The notes: generated from the letters alone by a model not told the origin. DNA of 64,000 nt from Chiloscyllium plagiosum (GCF_004010195.1 NC_057749.1:19677946-19741945); one strand, 5' to 3'. Shown: positions 37,701 through 52,700, counted from the stretch's first letter. Made by a program: numbers and translations.

Positions 37701-40700
37701 GTTGAAAAGTCAGTGGAAATCAGGCAACTGAGATATTACAAGAAGCATACCCTGGCATTTTCCTGACTGTATAGTAATGAGGTCACAAAGTCAACAGTTG
37801 AAACAGGAGAGATCAAAGAGTCCAGATAAGAAAGATGAAGTGGAATTATCAGAGGTCCTGTTTGATCAATTGGTTGAGACAAACCAGGAGCAGAAGGATG
37901 ACAAAGTAGACAACTTCACTTCAGAGAAATTAATTCAATTACAGCAAAAATTGAAGCAATTGTACCAAAAGATATACATGAAAGTAGAACCTGAGTGTAT
38001 CCCTGAGTGCTACTATCTTAAAAATAATGTGTTAATAAGAAAATGGAGACCATCACATATTCAGGCAGCTGAGAAATGGGCAGAAGTTCATCAAGTCATA
38101 TTGCCAGTGGGTTATAGAAAGGAGGCGTTGTGAATAGTGCACAAGCTACCACTAGGGGGTAATTTAGGGGTAAAAAAAACTCAAGCTAAAATACAAAACC
38201 ATTTTTACTGGCCTGGACTGTACAAGGATGTTGTTGAATTTTGCTAGACATGTCATACTTGTCAGGTCATTCAAAAACCACAGGCAGTAATAAAACCCAC
38301 ATCTTTTAATACTCATTCCTGCATTTCAGGAACCTTTTCCAAGAGCCTTAATTGATTGTATAGGACACCCAACCTAAAACAAAAAGTGGGAATCAATATT
38401 TGTTAACAATTATGGATGTATCCACTAATTTCCAGAGGCCATTCCATTCCGCAATATCATAGATAAAAGGATTGTAGAAGAATTACTCAAACTTTTCACT
38501 AGATACGTACTATCCACAGAGATACAGGCAGATCAAGGGTCAAACTTTATATCAAAATTTTTCAAGAAAGTTATGGACAGTTTAAGAATAAAACAATTCA
38601 AATCCACTGCATACCGTCCACAGTTGCAGGGAGCACTAGAAAGGTGGCATCAGATATTCAAGACCATGTCGCGGGCTTATAGTCAAGATTATTCAGATGA
38701 TTGGGATAAAGGAATTCTGTTTGTACTTTTTGCCATCAGAGATACACCAAACGAATTGACCAAATTCCATCCAAGTTAAAGAGGGGTTGGGTGATCAGCA
38801 GAGGTTCTTAAAGTTTCCAGAATAAGTAATAGGATAGAGAACATGGAAATGGCCAGGAACCTAACTTCAGTAAATAAAGGGATAACTATGAGATGGGGAG
38901 CAGTCAATGCAGGATTGAGGGTGTTGTACTTAAATGCACACAATATTTAGAGATCAGCAGACTCAACAAGAAAAGCAGTGTGGATCTTGCAGCTGCTGCT
39001 GGATTGCAGGCTTAGTTAAAGATTTATTATAGTTCTTTCAAATGTTATTATAGTCAAATAATGTAAGATTTCTCTTCATTAACATTCTATAGATTAGATT
39101 ACAGTGTGGAAACAGGCCCTTCGGCCCAACAAGTCCACACCGACCCGCCGAAGCGTAACCCACCCATACCCCTGCATTTACCCCTTACCTAACACTACGG
39201 GCAATTTAGCATGGCCAATTCACCTGACCTGCACATCTTTGGACTGTGGGATGAAACCGGAGCACCCGGAGGAAACCCACGCAGACACGGGGAGAACGTG
39301 CAAACTCCACACAGTCAGTCGCCTGAGGCGGGAATTGAACCCGGGTCTCTGGCGCTGTGAGTCAGCAGTGCTAACCACTGTGCCACCGTGCCGCCTACTA
39401 TAAGACCATAAGACATAGGAGTGAAAGTAAGTCCATTCAGTCTATCTAGTCCACTTACCATTTAATCATGACTGATGAGCATTTCAACTTTACTTACCCA
39501 CACTCCTCCTGTAGCCCTTAATTCCTTGCGAGATCAAGAATTTATCAATCTCTGCCTTGAAGAATTTAACGTCCCGGCCTCCACTGTGCTCCGTGGCAAT
39601 GAGTTCCACAGGCCCACCACTCTCTGGCTGAAGAAATGTCTTCTCATTTCTGTTCTAAATTGACCCCCTCTCATTCTAAGGCTGTGCCCACGGGTCCTAG
39701 TCTCCCCACCGAATGGAAACAAATTCCCAGCATCCACCCTTTCTAAGCCATGCGTTATCTTGTAAGTTTCTATTAGATCTCCCCTCAACTTTCTCAACTC
39801 TAATGAATACAATCCCAGGATCCTCAGCTGTTCATCGTATATTAGGCCTACCCATTCCAGGGATCATCAATGTGACTCTCCGCTGGACACGCTCCAATGC
39901 CAGTATGTCCTTCCTGAGGTGTGGGGCCCAAAGTTGGACACAGTATTTTAAATCGGGCCTAACTAGAGCATCATAAAGTCTCAGAAGCACATCACTGCTT
40001 TTATATTCCAACCCTTTTGAGATAAATGACAATGCTACACGGATCTTAATCACCGATCCAACCTGCAAGTTAACCTTTAGAGAATCCTGGACTAGCACTC
40101 CCAGATCTCTATGTACTTTGGTTTTATGAATTTTCTCACCATTTAGAAAATAGTTCATGCCTGTATTCTTTTTTCCAAAGTGCAAGACCTCGCATTTGCT
40201 CACGATGAATTTCATCAACCATTTTCTGGACCACTCTCCTAAACTGTCTAATTCTTTCTGCAGCCTCCCACCTCCTCAGTATTACCTGCCCCTGTCCACC
40301 TAACTTTGTATCATCAGCAAACTTCACCGAAATGCCCCCAGTCCCTTCATCCAGATCACTAATATATACAGTGAACAGCTGCAAGCCCAACACTGAACCC
40401 TGCGGGACACCACTTGTCACCAGTTGCCATTCCGCAGAAGAACCTTTTATTCCAACTCTCTGCCTTCTGTCAGACAGCCAATCCTCAATCCGTGCCAGTA
40501 GCTCACCTCGAACACCATGGGCCCTCACCTCTATTCAGCAGCCTCCCGTGAAGCATTTTATCAAAGGCCTTTTGGAAGTCCAGGTAGATAACATCCACTG
40601 GGTTTCCCTGGTCTAACCTACTTGTTGCCTCTTCAAAGAGTTCTAACAGGTTTGTCAGGCAGGACCTCCCCTTATTAAATCCATGCTGACTTGTTCAAAT

Positions 40701-43700
40701 CCGACCCTGCACTTCCAAGAATTTAGAAATCTCATCCTTACCGATGGATTCTAGAATTTTACAAACAACGAAGGTTAGGCTGATTGGCCTATAATTTTCC
40801 ATCTTTTGTATTGATCCTTTCTTGAACAAGGGAGTTACAACAGCAATTTTCCAAACACCTGGGACTTTCCCTGCCTCCACTGACTTTTGAAAGATCACAG
40901 CCATTGCCTCTGCTATTTCCTCAGCCACCTCCCTCAGAACTCTAGGATGTAGCCCAATAGGGCCAGGAGATTTATCAATTTTTAGATCTTTTAGCTTTTC
41001 TAGCACTTTCACTTTTGTAATGGCTATCATACTCAACCCTGCCCCCGACTCTCCTTAATTGTTAGTATATTACTCATGTCTTTCACTGTGAAGACTGACA
41101 CAAAATACTTATTAAGTTCTTCAGCTATTTCCTTATCTCCCAGCACTAGCCTTCCGGCATCAATTTGGAGCAGCCCAATGTCTACTTTGCCTTTCATTTG
41201 TTTCTGATGTATTGAAAGAAACTTTTGCTATCATTTCTAATATTACTGACTAGCCTACCTTCATATTTGATCCTCTCCTTCCTTATTTCTCTCTTTGTTG
41301 TCCTCTGTTTTTGTAGGCTTCCCAATCTTCTGATTTCCCAGTGCTCCTGGCCACTTTATAGGCTTCTTCTTCTTTGATACATTTCCTGACTTCCTTTCTC
41401 AGCAATGGCTGTCTGATTACCGCTCTCCACTCAGATAATCTTTCTTTTCTTTGGGATGAACCTCTATACTGTGTCCTCAATTACACCCAAAAACTCCTGC
41501 CATTATTGCTCTACTGTCTTCCTGGCTAGGCTCTGCTTTCAGGTGATTTTCATCAGTTCCTCTTTCATGCCCCTGTAATTACCTTTATTTAACTATAATA
41601 CCATTACAACCGATTTTGCCTTCTCTCTTTCCAACTGCAGACTGAACTCTACCATATTATGATCGCTGCCTCCTAAGTGTTCCCTTTAAATCTTTTGTAA
41701 AGTCTGGCTCATTACATAGCACTAAGTCCAGAATAGCCTGCTCCCTTGTGGGCTCCATCAAAAGCTGATCCAAAAAAGCCATCCTGTAAGCATTCCACGA
41801 ATTCACTTTCTTTGGATCCACCAGCAACATTATTCACCCAGTCCACCTGCATATTGAAGTCCCCCATGATCACCATGACCTTGCCTTTCTGACATGCTCT
41901 ATCTATTTCCCGGTACATCCTGCACTCTGGTCCTGACCACTGTTAGGAGATCTGTGCATAACTCCCATTATGGTTTTTCGCCTTTATGGCTCCTCAACTC
42001 CACCCACACAACCTCCACATCATCCGACCTTATGCCATTCATTGCCATGGATTTAATTTCATTCTCAACTAACAAGGGAACCCTGCCCCCTAAAAAAAAA
42101 CCCCAAAATTGCAATTTTTAAAAAATGAGCTTTACAGGGTATACAGTAAACAGCTGAGTTTTTTTATTCTAAATTCAGAGGTTAAAAAAATCTATATATG
42201 TTTTAGAAGGTTTTTTTACATTGCAGAGCATCTTTTTTTTTACCAAAAAACAAAAGTTTTTAGTAAGGAGTTGTGTTTTCGTTCTGGAGAGACCTCCATG
42301 TGGTCGGCTGTTGAGAAGGAATTTATTGATGAGGAGTCATCTTTTCTTCAGTTATTCAGCAAGTGGTTGATTTTATTTAAGTTTTATGCTTTATATCCTT
42401 TAATGTTTTCAATGTTAACATTATTTTCTGTCGGTTATAGAAAGTAGCTTATTTTGTATATAAGGCATTATTGAAACATCCTTTTTGTGGCTTAATATTA
42501 TTAAAAGCATATATGAAATATAGCGTGAGATGGCTAGTAGATTTAGGAACGTTATTATGCAGCAGCATTAGTCAGATAGATGGGTGACTGTCGGGAAAGG
42601 TAAGAAGGTAGTTCAAAAGTCTCTGATGGCTAATGCTCTGACAAATGGATATTCTGTTTTTGGAACTGTAGAACGGGATAATCTCTCTGATGAAAATGGA
42701 AGGGGCAGTCAGTTATTGGACACTTGGGATGATTCTTGTGTTAGACAGCATTTGAAAAGATTTAATAGAATTATCAGGGACTCTCCTGTCAGGAGCATAG
42801 ACAGGAAATTCTATGGCAGTTAGCATAAATTTAGGATGGTTTGTTACTTTCCTGATGCTAGGATTAAGGATGTCTCTTAACATTTCATGCATATTGTTAA
42901 AGGTGAGATTGAGAAGCCAGTAATTATTGTACACATTGGTCGGAATGGCATTTTCAGGGAAAAGATTAAAGCAGTACAGAGTGAATTTAAGAGATTAGGA
43001 AGAAGGTTAAAACTTGAACCTCAAAAGTAGTAATCTCTAGTTTTCTCCTGGTGCCAAACTCAAATGAGGGAAAGAATAAAAGGATAAAGGAGATAAATCA
43101 ATGGCTGAAGAGATGGTGTAATGTTCAGGGTTCTTGAATCATTGAGATTTCTGCTTGAAGAGGATGGGTTTCACCTGTACTGGAAAGGGACCAATATCCT
43201 AGCAGGAAAATTTGCTAACTCTATTAAGGGAGACTGTAAAACTATTAGAGAGAAGGGGTGAAGGGATCCTAAGTAGAAAAGTAAATAGAAAGATACAGGA
43301 GAATGGGTTTAAATCTGAAAAGAAGTTAAAGAGACAAGACCAAATCATAGAACAGAGTAACTCTGAAGATTTGAACTGCATTTATTTCAATGCAAGGGGT
43401 CTTACAGGTAAGGCTGGTGAACTCAGCACATTTGGGAATGTGGGATTGGGACATCATAGCTATTACAGAAACTTGACTGAGGGATAGACAGAACCGGCAG
43501 CTCAAATGTTTCTAGTTTCAGATGCTGTGGGCAGGTTAGAAAAAGAGGCAAAGACGAGGGAGAAGTGGCATTTTTGATGAAGGAAAGTACTACTTCTGTA
43601 ACTCGAAGATATTTCTGAAAAATCATTGTGAAGATGTGGGTTGAAATTAGAAATAAAAGGGAATGATCTCCTTCATAGGTTTGTACTGCAGACCTGCCAA

Positions 43701-46700
43701 TAATCAGAGGGAAATAGAGGAACAAATATGGAGCGAGATCTCAGATATATGTAAGAATAATAAGGTTTAATAGGTGATTTTAATTTTACAAATATTGACC
43801 GAGACTACCATAATGTTAAAGGTTTGGGTGGTGAAGAATTTAAGTGCATTCAGGAAAATTCCCTCTCAATATGTAAATGTTCCTACTAGAGAAGGAGAAA
43901 CATGTTACCTTTTCTTGGGTAATAAGATAGAGCACACACACATGCATGTATGCACGCACACCTCAGTGTATTGGGTGAATTTGCAGTTACAGATTTGTAT
44001 TTGAAGATACATTCTATTTTGTTCAACACTCACACAATCTGTAGACAGTCAATCCATGTAACATTATATAAATTCCTACTTTGGAAGTAGCACCAATCTG
44101 ACTCAAGTTTGGGATGCAGACAGACTCTAACCTCACACCTTTAATGCATAATCTGAGTGAGATATCACCCTTTTGTAAAATAAAACTTTAAATTATCTTG
44201 AGACTGTGACTGGAAAGAAGTTCCGGGATTTACATATTAATCAATCAAAATTTGCATCCCCATTCTAAGTGATTAAAGACTGAACAGCAATCTTGGTTCG
44301 TTCAATACATCGCATCAGTTGTATGACACTTTGATCTTTTACTATAAATTCTGTGTCCTATGATCCTGCCCAATAGCCACCTGACAAAGGAGCAGCACTC
44401 CGAAAGCTTGTACTTCTAAATATACCTAATGGACTATAACCTAGTATTGTGTGGTTTTTAGTTTTGTCCAGCCCAGTCCAACACTGACAGCTCCACGTCA
44501 ATAGGGGCACACTTTGGGTCTAATGATCGTAATTCTATTTGTTTTAAACTAGTTATGGAGAAGGACAAACCTTCTATAAAAAATTAAGTTTTAATTGGAG
44601 TAAGGCAAAATTAAATGATATGAGACAGCTTTCAAAAGTTGATTGGAGTAGACTGTTTGGAAGTAAAAGGACTTCTCACAAGTGGGAGGCATTCAAGAAT
44701 GTGACGATGAAAGTTCAGAGGCATTTTGATCCTGTTAGAGTGAAGAGTAAGGCTAGTAAGATTAAGGAACAATGGGTGAATAAAGATATTGAGGTTCTTG
44801 TTAAGAATAAAAGAGAATCTTACTTTAGATGTAGACAACGTGGTTCAATTGAATCTCTTAATCAATGTAAAGACTGTAGGGGCATTCTTAAAAGAGAAAT
44901 CAGGAAGGTAAAGAGGGGACATGAGATAACATTGGCAGATAAGGTTACGGATAATCCGAAGACATTCTGCAAATACATTAAGAGCAAGAGGGTAACTAGA
45001 GAGAGAGTAGGGCCTCTTAACAATCAAGGATGTCGTCTTTGTGTTGAACCCCAGGAGTTGGGTGAGATACTAAATGAATAGCTCACATCAGATTTTACTC
45101 TGTAGAAAGAAATGGAGTCTGGAGAATGCAGAAAAATAAACTTGGATGTTTTAAAAATAGTTCACATTATGGAAGAGTAAGTTTGGGAGGTCTTATAGAA
45201 TATAAAGGTGGATAAATCTCCAGGACCTGATCAATTAAGGACAAAGGGTAACTAGGGAGAGAATAGGGCCCCTCAAAGATCAGCAAGGCAGCTTTTGTGT
45301 AGAGCCGCAGGAGATGGAGCAGATACTAAATGAGTATTTTGCATCAGTATTTACTGTGGAAAAGGACATGGAAGATATAGAATGTAGGGAAATAGATGGT
45401 GACATCTTGAAAAATATCTATATTACAGAGGAGGAAGTGCTGGATGTCTTGAAATGCACATAAGTGGATAAATCCCCAGGATCTGATTAGGTGTACCCTA
45501 GAACTCTTTGGGAAGCTAGGGAAGTGATTGCTGGGCCCCTTACTGAGATATTTGTATCATTGGTAGTCACAGGTGAGGCACCAGAAGGCTGGAGGTTTGC
45601 TAACGTGGTGCCACTGTTTAAGAAGGGTGGTAAGGACAAGACAGGAAACTATAGACCAGTGAGCCTTACATCGGTGGTGGGCATGTTGTTGGAGGGAATC
45701 CTGAGGGACAGGATGTACATGTATTTGGAAAAGCAAGGATTGATTAGGGATAGTCAACATGGCTTTATGCGTGGGAAATCATGTTTCACAAACTTGACTG
45801 AATTTTTTGAAGGAGTAACAAAGAGGGCAGAGCGGTAGACGTGATCTATATGGACTTAGTAAGGCCTTCGACAAGGTTCCCCATGGGAGACTGGTGAGCA
45901 AGGTTAGATCTCATGGAATACAGAGAGAACTAGCCATTTGGATACAGAACTGGCTCGAAGGTAGAAGACAGAGGGTGGTGGTGGAGGGTTGTTTTTCAGA
46001 CTGGAGGCCTGTGACCAGTGGAGTACCACAAGGATCGGTGCTGGGTCCACTACTTTTCATCATTTATATAAATGATTTGGATGTGAGCATAAAAGGTACA
46101 GTTAGTAAGTTTGCTGATGACACCAAAATTGGAGGTGTCATGGACAGCAAAGAAAGTTACCTCCGATTACAACAGGATCTTGATCAGATGGGCCATTGGG
46201 CTGAGAAGTGGCATATGGAGTTTAATTCAGATAAATGTGAGGTGCTGCATTTTGGGAAAACCGATCTTAGCAGGAGTTATACACTTAATGGTAAGGTCTT
46301 AGGGAGTGTTGCTGAACAAAGAGTCCTTGGAGTGCAAGTTCATAGCTCCTTGAAAGTGGAGTCGCAGGTAGATACAATAGTGAAGAAGGCATTTGGTATG
46401 CTTTCCTTTATTGACCAGAGTATTGAGTACAGGAATTGGGAGGTCATGTTGCGGCTGTACAGGACATTGGTTAGGCCACTGTTGGAATATTGCATGCAGT
46501 TCTGGTCTCCTTCCTATGGGAAAGATGTTGTGAAACTTGAAAGGATTCAGAAAAGATTTACAAAGATGTTGCCAGGGTTGGAGGATTTAAGCTACAGGGA
46601 GAGGCTGAATAGGCTAGGGCTGTTTTCCATGGAGTGTTGGAGGATGAGGGGTGACCTCATAGAGGTTTATAAAATCATGAATGGCATGGATAGGATAAAT

Positions 46701-49700
46701 AGACAAAGTCTTTTCCCTAGGGTCGGGGAGTCCAGAACTAGAGGGCATTGGTGTAGGGTGAGAGGGGAAAGATATAAAAGAGACCTAAGAGGCAACGTTT
46801 TTATTCAGTAGGTTATACCAGTATGGAATGAGCTGCCAGAGGAAGTGGTGGAGGCTAGTACAATTGCAACATTTAAAAGGCATTTGGATGGGTATATGAA
46901 TAGGGAGGGTTTGGAGGGATATGGGCCGGGTGCTGGCAGGTGGGACTAGATTGGGTTGGGATATCTGGTCGGCATGGATGAGTTGGCCGAAGGGTCTGTT
47001 TCCATGCTGTACATCTCTATGACTCTATAACTCTAATGTATCCCAGAACATTGTGGGAAGTAAGAGAAGAAATTACGAGACCCCTTGCAGAAATAGTGGC
47101 ACCATCTATAACTACAGGTGAAGTGCCTGATGACTGGAGGGTGGCTAATGTTGTACCTTTGTTTTAAAAAGGTTGTGAGGAGAAACCGGGGACCTGTGAA
47201 ACTGACTTTGGTTGTGGGTAAAGTGTTGGAGGTGATTATAAAAGATAGGATTTATGGACATTTAGAGAGGCAAAAATTGATTAGGGATCGTCAGCATGGG
47301 TTTTACGTGAGGTAGAGTAATTAGTAAAGTTATGCCATATGGGTTTCAGGCTGAGCTTGATAATGGATGCCTGTGACCAGCAGTGTTCCACAGGTACAGG
47401 TTGTGGGTCCTCTTTTCATTGTCATTTTTATAATTGATTCGTATGAGAATTTTGAAGGCATGGTTAGTAAGTTTGCAAACGACACAAAAATTGATGGCAT
47501 TGTAGACAATGAAGAAGGTTTTCTAAGATTACAAAGGGATCTTGATCAAATAGATTAATGGGCTGAAAAATAGCAGATGGAGTTCAATCTGGATAAATGC
47601 AAGGTATTGCATTTTGGTACAATAAACAAGCATAGGGCTTACACAATTAATGGTAGGGTCTTGGGTAGTGTTATAGAACAAAGGGACCTAGAGTTGCATG
47701 TACATAATTCTTTTAACTTTGCATCACATATTTAGACAGGTTGGTTCAAAAGGTGGTTGGCACGCTTGCCTTCAATACTCAGTCCTTTGAGTATAGGAGT
47801 TGGGAAGTCATGTTAAGGTTGTACAGGACATTGGTGAGGCCTCTTCTAGAATACTGTGTCCAGATCTGGTCACCCAGTGATGAGAAGGATATTATCAAGT
47901 TGGAGAGGGTTCAGAAGAGATTTACTGGGATGTTGCCATGTATGGAAGGTTTGGGTTATAAAGAAAGGCTGGATACGCTGGGAGTTTTCTTAACTGGAGC
48001 GTAAGAAGTTGAGAAGCGATTTGATAGAAGTTTATAAAATAATGAGAGGTATAGACAGAGTTAATGGTACTTATTTTTTCCCTAGGATGGGGGATTTCAA
48101 GACCAGAGATACTTTTTTAAGGTGAGAGGCGAGAGATTTAAAAAAGACGTAAGAGGCACTTTTTTTACACAGAGGGTAGTTCACATGTGAAATGAACTTC
48201 CTGAGGAAATGGTGGATGTGGATACAATTACAACATTTAAAAGATACATTAATAGGAAAGTTTTGGAGGGATATGGACCAGGTGCAGATGGATGGGACTA
48301 GTTTAGTTTGGGGTCATGTTCGGCATGGACTGTTGGACTGAAGTGTCTGTTTCTATGCTGTGTGACTCTATGTAAAACAAGGAAAATGAGCTTGTAAAGC
48401 AAATTGAAATTGAAGCTATAATGTGTGTTTCACAGAGATGTGGCTACAAGGGTATCAGGGTGAGGAATTAAATATCCAAGGATATACATTCTATCAAAAG
48501 GAAGGCAGATGGGCAGAGGGGATGGAGTTGTCTTGTTAGTAAGAAATGAAATTAAATTGATAGCAAGAATGATACAGACTCAGAAGGCATAGAATCTGTG
48601 TGGGTAGAGTTGAGCTACCGCAGGGAAAAAAGGACGCTGATGGGAGTTCTGTTCAGGTCTCCTTACAGTAGTCAAGATGTGGGGCAGAAAATAAATCCGG
48701 AGATAGAAAAGGCATGTAATAAAGGCACTATTGTAATACTCATGTGAGACTTCAGTATGCAGGCGGACTGGGAAAATCAGGTTTGTAGCAGATCTTAAGA
48801 AAAGGAATTCATAGAATATCCATGAGATTTTCTTTGGAGCAGCTTGTGGTATAGCACGAGGGAACAGGCAATTCTCGATTTGGTGTTGTGTAATGAGGTA
48901 GACTTGATTATGGAGCTTAAGATGAAAGCATCCTTGGAGGGTAATGACCATAATATGATAGAATTTACCCTGCAGTTTGAGAGTGAGAAGCTGTTGTCAG
49001 ATGTAATGTTATTACAATTGAGTAAAGGTAACTCCAAAGACATGAGGGAAGAGCTGGCCAGAATTTGAAAGGGAGTCTAGCAGAGAAGACAGAGGAGCAG
49101 CAATGGAAGGAGATTCTGGGAGTAATTCAAGAGGCAAAACCAAAATGCATCTCTAGGAGGAAGAAGCATACTAAGGGGAGAATGAGGCAAAACTGGCTGA
49201 CAGGGGAAGTCTGGGGCAACATAGAAGCAAAAGAAAAAGCATACAATGTGGTGAAGATTAGAGGGAAGCCATAAGATTGGGAAGCCTTTAAAAGCCAGCA
49301 GAGGATAACTAAAAAAACAATAATGGGGGGAAAGATGAAATATGAAAGTAATATAAAGATAGCTAGTAATATAAAAGAAGATTGCAAGAGTTCTTTAGAT
49401 ATATAAAAGGTAAGAGTGGACATTGGAATATGAGGCTTGAGAAATAATATGGAGAACAAAGAGAGAGTGCTGGAATTGAATAGGTATTTTGCATCAGTTT
49501 TCATTTGGAATAGTGCAAGCAGTTTTGCTCCTTGTATCTAAAGAAGGATGTGCTTGTCTTGGAAGAGTCCAGAGGACGTTTACAAGTATGATTCTGGAGA
49601 TTAAGCTCTTGTCATAGAGGAGTGGTTGAGAACCCTGGGTCTGACCTTGTTGGAGTTTAGAAGGATGAGGGGAGAGTCTGCTTGAAAATTACAGAATACT

Positions 49701-52700
49701 GAAAGGCCTGTAGATGTAGGGAAAATGTTTCCACTGATAGGAATGACCAGGATCCTAATGCACAGTTTCAAAGTAAGGGGGTGACCCTTTAGAACTGAGA
49801 TGAGGAGGAATTTCTTCAATCAAAAGGTGGTGAATCTGTTAAACTCATTCTTGCAGAAGGCTGTGGAGGCCAAATCATTGAGTATATTTAAGACAGAGAA
49901 AAGTAGGTTCTTGATTGTTAAGGGGATCAATGGTTATGGGAGACGGCAGGAGAATAGGGTTGCAAAATATATCAGGCATTATTGAATAGTGGAGCAGACT
50001 TGATGGGCTGAATAACATAATTCTGCTCCTATGTCTTATGGTCTTACAGTCAGACTTTTAATTAATAATGGGTTGAAGGGGTGTAGAGAGTGGGCAGGAA
50101 TGTGGAGTTGAGGCTGAGATGAGATCAGCCACGACCATATCAAGTAATGGAGCAGACTCAAGGGGCTGAATTGTGTACTCCTGCTCCTAATTCTTATATA
50201 TTTATGTTCTTATGTCTTGCCAGTGGCATCTCCATTGGCACAAGAAGTCAAATTACTTGCTCATACTCAATTGCCTCACTCCTGTCTGTCTGCCAGTTGG
50301 TTGCAGGAAGTGTGGTGATGGCCTTTGAAGAAGTTTGCCCTGAGAGGATTGATCTGATCCACAAGAACTATCGGAAACTCTGCAACCTTTTGATTGATGT
50401 GGAGGAATGGGGACAAGTTGTCATCATCAATATGCTCACACGCTATGCACGGACCCAGTTCCTCAACCCTAACCAGAACGTAAGTGTACAGTGCCCCCAT
50501 CTGTCCTGCCTCTCCCCTTCCCATTACACACCTTCCCAGTTTACTGTCCTTATACTTTATAAGGTGTTACCATTGCAAGTTATTTCCCAAGATCTCTAAT
50601 ATTGCAAGTTATTTCCCAGGATCTCTACCAACACACTTTGGTCTTTGTTTTGTACAAGTTTGGCATTTCAATTTCCAAAACAGTTAACTACGTAGAAGCA
50701 GGCCATTTGACCATGTGATCTGAGCCCACTCCTGGTCAACTTACCATTTCTTTCTATTCCATTCTGACTTCTGTGTTTATTGGCTTTTCCTTTGAATGTA
50801 TTGATGCCATTTTACCCCATCCTTCCTTAATGCCCTGAGTTAGATATTTTCATCACTGCTGTCAACTCACACCAGGTCCCATTTCCTAATCAGCTTTGTT
50901 CTTTGTTTTTTAAATTCTTGATTTTTAAATTCCAGTCACCATTTTCAATTCCTCCGTGGCCTCGCTCCTTACCTCTATGATTTCGTCTAACCCTGTAACC
51001 CTGCAAAATACCTCTGCGCCTTCAATTCTGGCCTCATGAGTATCCCTGATTTTAATAACCTTCTCTCCCAAAAATATACTAAATTCATAACATTGTAAAA
51101 GTATGACATTACAAAGAACAAATCAGATCCACTTCTTTCAGCGAAGTACTTGGCACTCTATGGTACCTCATCACATATAAAATTACGTGTTATATGCATA
51201 ATTTATATTTAATGTCAAACATTTTTTGATGGATACTACCAAGGAGTTTTAGATGATTTCTAGTTTCTTGGTGAAGTATTACGGGAGAGTTTACCACAGC
51301 TGCTCCAGACTTTGGCGCAACTTGAGCACATATTCCTGGAATGTTCCAACCTGTAACATTCAGACACTGGCAGCTCTTTGTACTGGAAGATTATCATGTT
51401 TCAAGCAGATCAAAGAACATATCTCACTGAGTTAATGTTGCCCTAGCTGAAGTTGATATTCATCTCAGTTTATGTTCTTATTTCACAAAACACCACTGCA
51501 TTGCTTATGACCTGCTTGAATGACAGTCTCTTCCCCACCAGTGTGAGGAAGGGCAGAGTGTGCAGGAAGGATCTGACAGAGAGGGCTGTTCTCACCACAT
51601 GCTGCATTTTGGTGGTGAGGAATTCGATCAAATGGCTTGGGCGGTCTGTTGAGGGAATCAGCTAACAGGATCCACCATCTTTTCAGACAGGATCTTGAGG
51701 ACATTACGTGCTGACCACTATGTGATGGACTTGTGGTCAAAGTTGTTTTTCTTCAGCAACTGTTCACAAGGAATTCTGTGGCGATGTGGCTAGATCAATC
51801 CTTCACATCACTGGGGGCAAGTAGATGCCTGCAGTGGCATCTGTGATTCTAATTGCCCTACCATTGGCAGCCATGCATCCTGTTTTCTAGACTCCAAGCA
51901 GAGGAAATTCCTCCCCAAACCTCCCTATCTCTTTTAAACTTTAAAACACTTGCTAAAACCTACCACTTTGACCAATCTTTAGTCATGCCCCCTAGTAACT
52001 TGGTGTCAAATTTTGTTTCATAGGATTTCTGTTAGGGGCCTTGGAAAGATGTAGTACTTTGAAAATTCTGTATTAATACATATTATCGATGGAGCCAGCA
52101 TGCTTCAGGGGAAGCTGGATAGACTGAGTGATCTTCATAAATGTTTGTGTAAAATTTAGTTCTTTGCCTAGCTCCCCTGTATAAATTATCTGTTTGTTAC
52201 CTGGCTTCCCAATGGATTATAACAGTGCCATTTGTTTCCTGGTCACTGTGGGCAGGAATCTTTATTGGAGGAAAACCCAGAAAAAGCATTTTATGGATCT
52301 GATGAGGAGGAATCCAAGCAAGGGGAAATGGATGCAGCTGTGCTTCCAAAACGGAAACCGTATGTCATGGATCCTGACCATCGTCTACTGCTTCGCAACA
52401 CCAAACCTCTTCTCCAGAGCCGGAATGCTGCGGTAAGCTGTAGCATTTTGGGGCAGGTCCCCATGCCTAAGGGGTGCAAATATGCCTTTAATATGGAAAT
52501 ACTGCCAGCAAGCTACAAACGTCAGGCTGAGATGGTGGTGTTTTGATAATGTGACTGAACCGCTAAACTAGAGACTCAGGCTAATATTGTGATGACGTGA
52601 GTTCAAATTCCACCACAGTAGCTGGTGGAATTTAAATTTTATTATTAAAATACAGCTTTCATCAATTGTCATAACAATCCTTCTGGCTCACCATTGTCTT

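Larger units (their letters stand above)
42500..48372 (+). mobile_element. Near full-length decayed CR1 LINE (ORF1 esterase, APE, RT, tail) hosting a PLE fragment and a younger CR1
   Basis: [14 protein letters not shown] (ORF1), [11 protein letters not shown] (start of APE), ORF 44620..45081; resumes at about 47035 with FANDTK and [11 protein letters not shown]. Confidence 0.88.

Noticed and set aside
45894..46811. 305-aa ORF as a host gene or domesticated RT
   Set aside because: It is part of a 5'-truncated CR1, with frame breaks upstream and a premature stop near the end.
50147..50599. 150-aa single-exon ORF
   Set aside because: Only 50297-50479 is the AP3B2 exon; the flanks are intron read-through.
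50571..50628. Short tandem duplications here (about 29 bp) and at about 56897-56955 (about 31 bp)
   Set aside because: Ordinary slippage duplications with no sign of function.
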